A stretch of DNA of 30,651 nt from a virus (taxonomy: Duplodnaviria; Caudoviricetes), in IMG/VR virus record IMGVR_UViG_3300032255_000015, positions 1 through 30,651 of that record, one strand, 5' to 3'. The notes under the pieces are model-generated. The model worked only from the letters and a program-made list of their open reading frames with translations. It was not told the origin of the DNA and did not search any database. This document shows, piece by piece, positions 6,799 to 15,223 of the stretch; position 1 is the stretch's first letter; each line of letters begins with the position of its first letter. The translations under genes were made by a program, and so were the position numbers.

Positions 6799-7418
6799 CA
6801 GGATTATTCGGCGATATCAGATATGAGATCAAGGATGTACGCGATCCGCTCGAACGCCACTACACCCCGCTCGGTTTGGCCGATGCGTGCGTCGAGCGCC
6901 TACGCATCGTCCGCCGATGCTGCCCGCCGACGATGCTGGTGGAGCCTGGAGTGGGCGGCGGGGCATTCGTCCGCTCGGTTAGGCGCCTCTACCAGCACGC
7001 GGAGGTGGTCGGCGTGGACATCGATCCGCAAGCCGAGGGGCTCCGTATTTGCGACCGTGCCGTGGTCGGCGACTGGCTCGACGACGGCGGGCGTCAAATA
7101 GAGCTGCTCACCGACCGGCACGCGGCGAATGGTGGGGTGGTGTGGGTGGTGGGTAATCCTGCGTTCTCGACCGCCCCGCAGTGGATTCGCAGGGCGCTTG
7201 AGATGGAGGTTGAGCTCGTGGCGTCCATCCTCCCGATCGGCATCCTTGAGCATGCCGGCGACTGGCTGCGGCTGCTCGTCGACCACCCGCCCGACGTCTG
7301 GTACCCCATTTTAGGAAGGCCATGGCCGAGGAATACGCGGGGCACCGGGCTTTTCTGCTGGGAGCGTGAGCCGGGTGCGGGCCGAATGGGCGAGCCGATT
7401 GGGGGGTGGAGGCGATGA
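6795..7418 (+). CDS. class I SAM-dependent, N6-adenine-type DNA methyltransferase-like protein (207 aa)
   Basis: HYTP, motif I VEPGVGGGAF, VGVDID, motif IV VGNPAF (normally NPP[FY]); AGGAGAGG RBS. Confidence 0.8.
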   Translation: MTGLFGDIRYEIKDVRDPLERHYTPLGLADACVERLRIVRRCCPPTMLVEPGVGGGAFVRSVRRLYQHAEVVGVDIDPQAEGLRICDRAVVGDWLDDGGRQIELLTDRHAANGGVVWVVGNPAFSTAPQWIRRALEMEVELVASILPIGILEHAGDWLRLLVDHPPDVWYPILGRPWPRNTRGTGLFCWEREPGAGRMGEPIGGWRR

Positions 7419-7987
7419 TGGTCATAGGTGTGGATCCCGGGAGCCGGGATGGTGCGATTGTGGTGCTTGATCGCGATGGTAAAACCGTCTGGGACTGGGC
7501 GGTATGGTGGACGATCGGCAAGCCCACACATGCGCGTGTACGAGCGCGATATGGATGGAGGCCTGGGGATTTCAAGCTGAGGCACCTGTCTGACGTGGCG
7601 CGACCTTTTGTCGGGATACAGGAATCATATGTGCTCGCGATCGAGGGCTTGCGGGCATATCCAGGCCGGAGCAATCACCAAGCGCTCCTGCGGCTGGCCT
7701 ATGCGGCTGGCCAAGTCGGAGGCGTGCTTGAGGCTGGGGCCATGGAGGTGCTTCGGCCGCTGGCCGTCGACTGGCGGCGGACGGTGCTCGGCCTCGCGCC
7801 AAAGGTCAGCGCCAAGGCGTGCGAGGCCCGGGCGGTGGAGATGGCGCCCCGTCTCTTCGTCTGGCCCGGTGGCTTCCCCGGCTCGCTGCGGGATGGACCA
7901 GGTGGGCTGAGGGCGGATGCGAGGGGCGCGCTGGCTGAGGCGGCGTGCATTGCCCGGTATGCTGCGGTGACGAGGGGGAGAGGATGA
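7415..7987 (+). CDS. ruvC: RuvC-like Holliday junction resolvase (190 aa)
   Basis: IGVDPG, LAIEG, WRRTVLGL, LAEAACIA; ATGA overlap. Confidence 0.7.
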   Translation: MMVIGVDPGSRDGAIVVLDRDGKTVWDWAVWWTIGKPTHARVRARYGWRPGDFKLRHLSDVARPFVGIQESYVLAIEGLRAYPGRSNHQALLRLAYAAGQVGGVLEAGAMEVLRPLAVDWRRTVLGLAPKVSAKACEARAVEMAPRLFVWPGGFPGSLRDGPGGLRADARGALAEAACIARYAAVTRGRG

Positions 7988-8439
7988 GCGCGGTACTGGG
8001 TATTCAGCGGGTCGGGACGTACGAGCCGGCGATCTACATCGGGAGCAGGCCACCGGCTTGGTTCATCGGTTCCAACGATTGGGCTTGGCTCAAGATTGGC
8101 CTGGTGGTCTGCCTGGAGGGGCGCGTCACCTACAGGATGACAGGCGTCTCACCGCTAATGCAGTGGCCCATGCTGGACGTGTCTGAGCCTGCGTTTGTTC
8201 CCGAGCGGCCACACTTCGAGCGCTGGATCGCTGCGGTCAAGAGCGTGGCTGGCTCTCGGCCCGTGTTCTGGCACTCGGAGCACGGGCTTAACCGATCGGC
8301 ATTCGCGGTCGTGAGCTACCTGTGTGCGCATCACGGGGCGGATGTCTACGAGGCGATAGCGGAGGTGAGGGCCGTGCGGGGTAGCTGCGCGCTAAGCAAT
8401 CGCGCGCTCGAGTCCGCGCTTATCGAGAGGTACGGATGA
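7984..8439 (+). CDS. dual-specificity phosphatase-fold protein with catalytic Cys replaced by Ser (151 aa)
   Basis: IYIGS, LVVCL, WPMLD acid loop, RPVFWHSEHGLNRSAFAVVSYL (canonical VxVHCxxGxxRS), EAIAEVRAVR..AL.N. Confidence 0.8.
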   Translation: MSAVLGIQRVGTYEPAIYIGSRPPAWFIGSNDWAWLKIGLVVCLEGRVTYRMTGVSPLMQWPMLDVSEPAFVPERPHFERWIAAVKSVAGSRPVFWHSEHGLNRSAFAVVSYLCAHHGADVYEAIAEVRAVRGSCALSNRALESALIERYG

Positions 8440-8627
8440 TGAGCTACTCGGTAGAGCGCCACGATCCCGACGACCTCGACGAGTGGCGGTACCTGTACGA
8501 TGAGCGGGTGGGTATGATGCTGTCGGATGGGGTGCGCCCGGTGTACGCCGAGCGCATGGCCAGGCGGATGGTGGGCGGGTGGCTGAGGGCGGAGAGGAAG
8601 CGGCGGACCGAGGAGGCGAAAGAGTAG
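8436..8627 (+). CDS. small helical hypothetical protein (63 aa)
   Basis: ATGA overlap; YDERVGMMLSDG...AERMA resembles the EERAAIxxxDG motif of small phage proteins. Confidence 0.65.
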   Translation: MMSYSVERHDPDDLDEWRYLYDERVGMMLSDGVRPVYAERMARRMVGGWLRAERKRRTEEAKE

Positions 8628-8650
8628 GGTGGAGCGTGGGAAAGTGTCAA
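8621..8650 (-). promoter_or_regulatory. possible antisense sigma70 promoter
   Basis: Minus strand TTGACA (8650-8645), 18-nt spacer, TACTCT (8626-8621). Confidence 0.35.
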
Positions 8651-8698
8651 GAAAGTTGGACAGATGGCGTGTGTGGAGTGTGAAAAGGTAGGATGGAA

Positions 8699-8760
8699 GG
8701 GGGGAGTACCCCCCCGTCGTTTCGCGCACACGAGCAAATTGGATTATTTGGATTTTGAGG
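8699..8760. other. candidate packaging-initiation (cos/pac) region
   Basis: GGGGGG-AGTA-CCCCCCC inverted repeat followed by an AT-rich stretch in the gap just upstream of terS; positional inference. Confidence 0.35.
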
Positions 8761-8767
8761 ACCTGAC

Positions 8768-9235
8768 ATGGCAAGACGTCGACGCCCCCGCACCACAGCC
8801 AAAGCCAAGTGGAGCCGCCGCGAATACCTGGTTGATGCGCTCGTCGAGTACGAGGCGATGGCCGACGCTGCCCACGAGGCAGGGAGCTTCCAGGCCGCAG
8901 TCAGGGCCAAAATGCAGGCGGCGGTCACTCGCTCGGAGATCGATCAGCTCGACCAGGCCGATGCACTGATGGACATACCCGACAGCATCGAGGCCCACCG
9001 AGACGAGGTCATCCGCCAGGTCCGCCGACTCCGAAGCGCTGCCGAGGCCTCCAACAGCTTCACCGCCGCCGGAGCCCTGCTCAAGCTTGAAGCCGAGCTG
9101 GTGGAGGCTGCGGACTCCCGGGCCAGGGCTGCCGAGGCTCCAGACGCGAGGTCGATGGAGGAGGTGCTCGAGGAGCTCCGCGAGCGCGCCGAGGCCCTGC
9201 CTCTCCGTGTGCGGCAGATGGCAGGCATTGGGTGA
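8768..9235 (+). CDS. terS: putative terminase small subunit
   Basis: 155-aa helical protein with a basic N-terminus, overlapping the terL start; positional call. Confidence 0.55.
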   Translation: MARRRRPRTTAKAKWSRREYLVDALVEYEAMADAAHEAGSFQAAVRAKMQAAVTRSEIDQLDQADALMDIPDSIEAHRDEVIRQVRRLRSAAEASNSFTAAGALLKLEAELVEAADSRARAAEAPDARSMEEVLEELRERAEALPLRVRQMAGIG

Positions 9236-10698
9236 GCAGCGTAGCCGAGGCGCTGGCGCTCCTCCGCACGCTGGAGGACCTCGAGGAGCACGTACGGCGC
9301 AATCCGCTGGACGCAATCCCCTGGCTCCCCGGCCAACTCGCATGGCTTTCAGACCCCGGCCCGGCGCCCAAGCTCTACCGGGCGGGCGTGCGGAGCGGCA
9401 AGACCACGGCGGCCTGCGCGGAGGTCATCTACCGGTGCCTCGGGCGGCACCCGTACCACCATGTCCCCTGCGCCCCGGTGCGCTGCGCGGTCATCACAAG
9501 CGATAAGCAAGCTCAGGGCGTACAAATCATGAGAATGTTTTGGGAACTTGTGCCCAAGCACGAGCTGGTTGGGGGGATCGAGTTCTCGTCGAGAACCGGC
9601 TTTAGAGGCCACGTCCCGGTCGTTCAGTTCAGAAACGGGTCGGAGGTGGTCTGGTACAGCAACGCATCTGGACCCCGCGCCCTCCAGGGCTCCGAGTATG
9701 ACTACATCCAGATCGACGAGCCCCCATCCCGCGAGGTCTTCGACGAGTGCCTCGCTCGAGTGCGGAACACATCCGGCCAAGTCGGTATCACGCTTACGCC
9801 CTTGCATCTCCCCGTCCCATGGCTGCAAGAGCTGTGCGAAGAAGGGGTGGTCACCGACCACCACTACCGGCTCACGGCCGCCAACCAGACCAGTCCAATC
9901 ACCGGCGAGATTCGGCGCACGAAGACGGGTATCCCGTGGGATGAGGAGTTCATTCGCAAGCTCCGCAAGCAGGTCACTGGCCCCGACGCGGGCATCCAGC
10001 TCGACGGCGACTGGGAGACGCGGAGCGAGGGGCAGTGGTTTGACTGCTTCGACGAGGGTAGGCACGTCACAAGCCACTTCCCAAGCGCGGAATTGCGCTG
10101 GTATATGGGCGTCGACTACGCGCGGGCTGACCGTGACCTGGGCATGTGCGCGGTGTTGGTTGGCGTCGAAGAAGTCGAGGAGGAGGAGGGCGAGCACCGG
10201 CCGCACATGTGGGTGCTCGACGAGGTGGTCATGCGCGGTACGGCCACGATGGAGATGTTCGCTGCTCGTATCCGCAAGATGCTTAGCAACTATGGTTTCG
10301 CGTGGTCGGACCTTGACGGCGTGTACGGAGACAATCCAGTCAAGTCCAGGCATCAGATCAGCTCCAACATTGAGCTCGCGAAGGCGCTGTCGCGCAAGTA
10401 CCGGGTGCCACCCCACCAGCTCAGGCCCAAGCTGCTCTCGGTCAAGGAGGGTGGGGGCGCGAGTGGACGAATGCGGCGATCGAAGGACCTGCGGTCGAGG
10501 TGGATGTACGCGCAGATGGCGGCCGACCGGGTACGCATCCACCCACGGTGCAGGACGCTGATTGACGGACTACAGAGCTACGACTACAGCGACAAGCACA
10601 AATACAAGGATATCACTGACGCTTGGATGTATGGGCTCAAGGACCTCTGGACGACGACCAGGGCGCGCCGTAGCGTGCCGAAAATCATGCTAGGCTGA
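9232..10698 (+). CDS. terL: terminase large subunit
   Basis: Walker A GVRSGKT, Walker B YIQIDEP, coupling motif ITLTP, nuclease MGVDYA and DITDAWMY. Confidence 0.92.
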   Translation: MSSVAEALALLRTLEDLEEHVRRNPLDAIPWLPGQLAWLSDPGPAPKLYRAGVRSGKTTAACAEVIYRCLGRHPYHHVPCAPVRCAVITSDKQAQGVQIMRMFWELVPKHELVGGIEFSSRTGFRGHVPVVQFRNGSEVVWYSNASGPRALQGSEYDYIQIDEPPSREVFDECLARVRNTSGQVGITLTPLHLPVPWLQELCEEGVVTDHHYRLTAANQTSPITGEIRRTKTGIPWDEEFIRKLRKQVTGPDAGIQLDGDWETRSEGQWFDCFDEGRHVTSHFPSAELRWYMGVDYARADRDLGMCAVLVGVEEVEEEEGEHRPHMWVLDEVVMRGTATMEMFAARIRKMLSNYGFAWSDLDGVYGDNPVKSRHQISSNIELAKALSRKYRVPPHQLRPKLLSVKEGGGASGRMRRSKDLRSRWMYAQMAADRVRIHPRCRTLIDGLQSYDYSDKHKYKDITDAWMYGLKDLWTTTRARRSVPKIMLG

Positions 10699-10712
10699 CG
10701 AGGGGACACACG

Positions 10713-12071
10713 ATGGACATGCCACAGACACCGCCGGTCAGTGACCAGGCAGCCCGCAGGCGGATGGAGCACCAGCGGCTCAGGTGGAGGCTGCTGTACG
10801 GCCAGGCAGAGCAGGACATCGAGGCGCGCATTCGGCAGGCGATTGGGAACATCCGCCGCGAGATGTGGGGACCGATCGACATGTCGAGCAACCCTTTCCT
10901 CGATGCATGGAATGCGGCGTCCGCACTGTACAAAGAAGCGCCCACAATCATCCCGCCGAGTGCTGCCGAGCAGGTGGTCATGGCACAGGTGGACTCGGTC
11001 GGGTGGTGGTCGAGGATGCAGCGGGTCCAGCGCGATACGCTCGCCCTTCGCGAATGCCCGGTTTTCATCGACTGGCAGCCGAACCAGCCGCTCGTTATCC
11101 GGCAAGTCCCGCCGTATATGGTCGAGGTCAAGGTGTACCCACGGAGGCCGACACAGCCCAGGCAGGTGACCGAGTGGGCACGCGACCCGGATGCGCCTAC
11201 CCGGTGGGTGCGACACGTCTACGACCAGCCGAGCGCGAGCTATCGCGTGTACGATGAGCGCGACCTGGACGTGACTGAGCGGGTCGCGGGCGGGACATTC
11301 GAGGGCGACAGCTACCCGTGGCAGGGCGCGCGGGGGCCGATCCTCCCGTGGGTGACGTACCACGCGCAGGACACCGGGTGGTATTGGGACGCGTATGCGG
11401 CTCGCGAGGTTGTCGAAGGCACCCTCCAACTCGGGGTGCTCTACTCGTACTACTCGCACCTGATGAGAGCCGCGTCATGGGCGCAGCGGTATGTCATCGG
11501 CGCCGAGCCGGTCGGGGCCGAGGTGGACGCAGAGGGGGGTACCCGAGAGGTGGTGACCGACCCGGCGAGCCTGCTGCAGCTGCAGGTCAGCGACGGCAGC
11601 ACCAATACGACCGTGGGCCAGTGGCAGCCGAGCGCGGACCCGGAGCGAGTGCTCGCCAGTGTCCACAGCTACGAGCGGAGGGTGCTCGACAAGGCGGTGG
11701 GTTCGCTGTCGGTGAGCAGGGCGAGCAGTGACATCCGGTCGGGCTTCTCGTTGGCCGTCTCGCGAGAGGACCAGCGGGCGCTCCAGCGCAGCTATACACC
11801 GAGCTTCCGCCGCACTGACCTTGAGCTCCTCGGCAAGATCGCGGACATGCAGGGGCTCGAGCGCCGTGGATGGCGCATCGAGTACAAGTCCATCCCACAG
11901 GACCCAACCGAGTCACAGGCCCAGCTCGACCGGATCTCCAAGCTCGTCGATCTGGGGCTCATCGACCGGGTGACCGCGTACATGGAGCTCCACCCGGCTG
12001 TCACCCATGACGAGGCGGTGGCGGCCGTGGCCATGATCGCAGCCACAAATAACCAAGGACAAACGCCATGA
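10713..12071 (+). CDS. portal protein
   Basis: 452 aa directly after terL; SGFSL...and LVDLGLIDRVTAYMELHP C-terminus are typical of portals. Confidence 0.7.
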   Translation: MDMPQTPPVSDQAARRRMEHQRLRWRLLYGQAEQDIEARIRQAIGNIRREMWGPIDMSSNPFLDAWNAASALYKEAPTIIPPSAAEQVVMAQVDSVGWWSRMQRVQRDTLALRECPVFIDWQPNQPLVIRQVPPYMVEVKVYPRRPTQPRQVTEWARDPDAPTRWVRHVYDQPSASYRVYDERDLDVTERVAGGTFEGDSYPWQGARGPILPWVTYHAQDTGWYWDAYAAREVVEGTLQLGVLYSYYSHLMRAASWAQRYVIGAEPVGAEVDAEGGTREVVTDPASLLQLQVSDGSTNTTVGQWQPSADPERVLASVHSYERRVLDKAVGSLSVSRASSDIRSGFSLAVSREDQRALQRSYTPSFRRTDLELLGKIADMQGLERRGWRIEYKSIPQDPTESQAQLDRISKLVDLGLIDRVTAYMELHPAVTHDEAVAAVAMIAATNNQGQTP

Positions 12072-12715
12072 GTAAAAAGCAAGAGAACGAGAAGCCGAAG
12101 GCCGAGGCCAAGACCGTCGACTACGACAAATTCAGCCGCGTCGTCGAGGCCAAGACCGTCGACTACGACAAATTCGGCCGCGTCGTCGAGGTCAAGACCG
12201 TCGACTACGACAAATTCAGCCGCGTCGTCGAGGCCAAGCGCGGTCTAGAGCGTCAAGTCGAGGAGCTCCGCGCCGAGTCCGCGACCCTCGCCGAGAGGGC
12301 GGCCACGGCCGATACGCTCGCACAGCAGGTCGAGAGCTGGAAGGCGAAAGCGCAGGAAGAATCAACGAAGTTCGGCCGGTTCCAGGACATCGCGACTCGT
12401 ATCGGCACCACGGACTCGGACGCAATCGAGGCGGTCGAGTGGCAGTATGGTCGGCTCGGTGGCGAGGATCGGCCGGCGCTCGGTGACTGGCTCGACGCGA
12501 TGACGGAGAAGCCGGACGATGCCCCGGCAATCCTCCGTCCCTTCCTCGTGCAGCGGGCCGAGAAGGTCGCGCCGAAGACCAAGGCCGCGACAGCCGCACC
12601 TCCAGCGGCCGGGAGCCAGTACAGCCAGGACGAGATCAAGGCTATCACTGCCGAGGCGGTCCGTACCGGCGACTGGAGCACCTACCGCGCGGTCCGAAAG
12701 GGCTGGACTCGGTGA
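12068..12715 (+). CDS. capsid scaffolding protein
   Basis: Charged coiled coil with a Pro/Ala linker and terminal helix, between portal and capsid. Confidence 0.7.
   Translation: MSKKQENEKPKAEAKTVDYDKFSRVVEAKTVDYDKFGRVVEVKTVDYDKFSRVVEAKRGLERQVEELRAESATLAERAATADTLAQQVESWKAKAQEESTKFGRFQDIATRIGTTDSDAIEAVEWQYGRLGGEDRPALGDWLDAMTEKPDDAPAILRPFLVQRAEKVAPKTKAATAAPPAAGSQYSQDEIKAITAEAVRTGDWSTYRAVRKGWTR
12103..12238 (+). repeat. 3.2 copies of an in-frame 42-bp tandem repeat
   Basis: Units start at 12103, 12145, 12187 and 12229, encoding E[AV]KTVDYDKF[SG]RVV; two substitutions between copies. Confidence 0.95.
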
Positions 12716-12721
12716 GCGCCG

Positions 12722-12816
12722 TGTGCTAGGCACATACAGAGCCCATCTCGGGTAGCGCACGTCACGCGCTGAGCGGTCGCCACCGTCACAGGTACAGGGC
12801 AGTTCCCCAACTACCC
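12722..12816 (+). promoter_or_regulatory. structured leader of the major capsid gene
   Basis: TGTGC-TAG-GCACA, AGCGC-ACGTCAC-GCGCT and ACC-GTCACA-GGT hairpins; GGGTAG (12750-12755) is complementary to CTACCC (12811-12816). Confidence 0.35.
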
Positions 12817-12826
12817 AGGTGCAACC

Positions 12827-13735
12827 ATGGCAAACGAAAACGTCGTCTCGTCCGTCGCCGACCTCGTCACCAACGAGGTGCTCTCCGCTGAGGTGCTGAT
12901 GCTCCTCGCTGACCGTGACGCGTCGGTCCTCACCCACCCCGCGCTGCTCAAGGCGACGGCGACCAGCGCATCGAGTCTGGTCGTGCAGGTCCCGCACATC
13001 GGCCTCAACGGCTACGACCTGCTCTCGGCAGCGACCGAGGCCGCCGAGGTGGCCAATACGCAGATCACCGACGGCTCCACTGACGTCACAATCGCAATGC
13101 GCGCCAAGCGCTACACCAGCTCCGATCTCGCCCGGTACGTCACCATGGGCAAGATCGGACCCAGCGTGCTCGCGCAGGATCTCGTCGGCACCATGGCCCA
13201 GACGCTCGTAAGCCTCATCGCCATCGCTGGCAGCGGCTACACGGCCCAGGCTGGCCCCGGGACTGGGACGGATCTCACCTGGGCGAGCTTCCTGGCCGGG
13301 AAGGGCGTTCTCGGCGTCGCGAAGGCAAGCGGGCCTCTGCTCGCCATCCTCCACCCGCAGCAGTGGGCCGACCTCGAGGCCGATGCGCTCACCCTCGGAT
13401 ACGCGGCGTCCATCGAGGGGTCTGGCACACTCACCATCGGGTTGGAGCAGTATAAGGGGCGTTGGTTCGGCATCGACATCTTCGTTTCGGCCTATGTCCC
13501 GACCGTCAACGCAGGGGCGGACCGTGGCGGGGTCCTTCTCGCCCCGGGCGCGATGGCATGGGCTGACGCGCCCATCGACGCGGACGGAGCGGACCTGGTG
13601 GCCCAGTTCGGGGTCGCCAAGCTCGAGCGCGTCCGGCAGGGGACCTACCTCCAGACCTCATATGTCTACTCGCACGCGGCCGGCGTCTCTCGCGCCATCG
13701 ACGCGGCTGGCGTCACCATCGTGTCCGACGCCTGA
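12827..13735 (+). CDS. major capsid protein
   Basis: 302 aa after the scaffold; LLAILHPQQWADL and YKGRWFGIDIFVSAYVP segments are typical of HK97-fold capsids; strongly biased codons. Confidence 0.8.
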   Translation: MANENVVSSVADLVTNEVLSAEVLMLLADRDASVLTHPALLKATATSASSLVVQVPHIGLNGYDLLSAATEAAEVANTQITDGSTDVTIAMRAKRYTSSDLARYVTMGKIGPSVLAQDLVGTMAQTLVSLIAIAGSGYTAQAGPGTGTDLTWASFLAGKGVLGVAKASGPLLAILHPQQWADLEADALTLGYAASIEGSGTLTIGLEQYKGRWFGIDIFVSAYVPTVNAGADRGGVLLAPGAMAWADAPIDADGADLVAQFGVAKLERVRQGTYLQTSYVYSHAAGVSRAIDAAGVTIVSDA

Positions 13736-13742
13736 TCGAGTC

Positions 13743-13776
13743 TGGCCCCCCTTGGACGCCACGTCCTTGGGGGCCA
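13743..13776 (+). terminator. GC-rich hairpin after the capsid gene (terminator or mRNA stabiliser)
   Basis: TGGCCCCC/GGGGGCCA and GGACG/CGTCC stems; no U-tract. Confidence 0.4.
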
Positions 13777-13814
13777 TCCATCGGGGGTCACGACTCCCAT
13801 ACCCAAGGACCATC

Positions 13815-14501
13815 ATGGCAAAAGCAATCGCATCGCAGCCGGACAAGAGCAGCGCGTACGTCCCCGAGGTGGCCACCACCGACCACGGGCATGCATACCC
13901 ACGGCTCCCGCAGAGTCCTCCTTTCCTCCTGGTGGCCGACTCGCAGCGGTGGCACGTGATGGGCGGGCGGGTGGTGCCGGCCCTACACCAGCAGGCACTC
14001 GCGCCCGGTGTCGACCTGGTCACTGCCGACGGCCGGGGCCGATGGCAGCTCGCACGGCTCCGCGCCCGCATCGAGGAGCAGGGCCGGACCATCGTACCGG
14101 TCGAGGCCGCCCCTGATGGGGTGAGCTATATCCAGAGGGTCGACACCAAGGTCGGCTCTGAGGTGCGCGACACGTACATCACTGTATGGGAGACTGCGCA
14201 CGCTGGTGATACCCGGACCTCCACTGACATCGACGCCTACTCCACCTGGTGCGCGGGCCTGGTGGACGATGGCTACATTGCCCCCTGCCCGCCGTACCGG
14301 CTGTCTCGGATGCTGGAGGATGCGCGTACCAGCCTCATGCATGCCGAGGCAGCGTATCGTCGCACCGAGACACCGACCCATGCGCAGCAGGTCGAGGCCT
14401 GCAAGGCAAATATCGAGGTCATCGAGAAGGCCTTGGGCACTGAACCGAAAGGCAAGAAGGTCGCCGGCAAATCCGTGGTCCCAGCGGGGGTCGAGGGCTG
14501 A
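13815..14501 (+). CDS. hypothetical virion-region protein (228 aa)
   Basis: AAGGA RBS before MAKAIASQPD...; TGATG coupling to the next gene. Confidence 0.7.
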   Translation: MAKAIASQPDKSSAYVPEVATTDHGHAYPRLPQSPPFLLVADSQRWHVMGGRVVPALHQQALAPGVDLVTADGRGRWQLARLRARIEEQGRTIVPVEAAPDGVSYIQRVDTKVGSEVRDTYITVWETAHAGDTRTSTDIDAYSTWCAGLVDDGYIAPCPPYRLSRMLEDARTSLMHAEAAYRRTETPTHAQQVEACKANIEVIEKALGTEPKGKKVAGKSVVPAGVEG

Positions 14502-15223
14502 TGGCAGGCTCGGACACCACGGCGATCACCGCACGCTTCCTGCTCCCCGACTACATCGTTAGGGCGCAGGCGAATGCGCTGTCGTGCCCGCTGTGGCAGT
14601 CCGGGGCACTGGTCGCACCCACGACCGGGACCTGCACCGTCTACGACCGCTCGGGGGTAGTGGTGTCCACTGGCGCGGTCGCCATCTCCGGCAGCATCGC
14701 CGCCTACACGGTCGCCGCCTCATCCGTGCCCATCTCTCTGACTCCAGAAGCTGGGTGGCGTGTCGAGTGGATGCTGGACGATGTGCTCTACCGCAACACG
14801 GCCGCGCTGGTCGTCTCCGACCTCCACCCGGTGGTCACCGACGCGGATATTTACCGCCGCCAATCCGCGCTCGACCCAAGCGGGCCGAGCCCCATATCGG
14901 CGGTCACCGACTACCAGTCGTACATCGACGAGGCATGGGTCACCATCATCGGCAGGCTAATCAGCCAGGGCTCGCTCCCCTACCTGGTGATGGAGCCGAC
15001 CGCGCTGCGCGAAGTGCACCTCACCCTCACCCTGGCCCTCATCTACGAGGACTACCAGACCCGGCTGTCGGACGCCTACCGCGAGATGGGGCAAACGTAC
15101 CGCGAGCGGTATGAGGCCGCATGGGAGGGCCTGACCTTCTCATACGATACGGATGGCGACGGGGACTCTGATGTGACGAGCAGGCCAGCCATCGGGACGA
15201 TCTGGCTCACTGGGAGGCGATGA
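14501..15223 (+). CDS. putative head-tail adaptor with a beta-rich N-terminal domain
   Basis: Beta-rich N-terminal half and helical C-terminal half (YIDEAW...YRERYEAAW); positional call. Confidence 0.5.
   Translation: MAGSDTTAITARFLLPDYIVRAQANALSCPLWQSGALVAPTTGTCTVYDRSGVVVSTGAVAISGSIAAYTVAASSVPISLTPEAGWRVEWMLDDVLYRNTAALVVSDLHPVVTDADIYRRQSALDPSGPSPISAVTDYQSYIDEAWVTIIGRLISQGSLPYLVMEPTALREVHLTLTLALIYEDYQTRLSDAYREMGQTYRERYEAAWEGLTFSYDTDGDGDSDVTSRPAIGTIWLTGRR

Noticed and set aside
7900-7960. RuvC apparently inactivated (AEA in place of ADA)
   Set aside because: Glu at this position is common in phage RuvC-like proteins, and the N-terminal Asp and central Glu are intact.
8664-8969. CxxC-containing ORF as an HNH or Zn-finger gene before terS
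   Set aside because: No HNH motif or clear RBS, and it overlaps terS out of frame by about 200 nt.
12103-12238. CRISPR array or DGR template/variable repeat
   Set aside because: In-frame tandem coding repeat without spacers; the genome has no reverse transcriptase.
9349-13354. Long minus-strand ORFs opposite terL, portal and capsid (e.g. 9349-10542, 10584-11459, 12362-13354)
   Set aside because: Shadow ORFs expected from GC-rich codon bias; no motifs, and fully antisense to well-supported genes.
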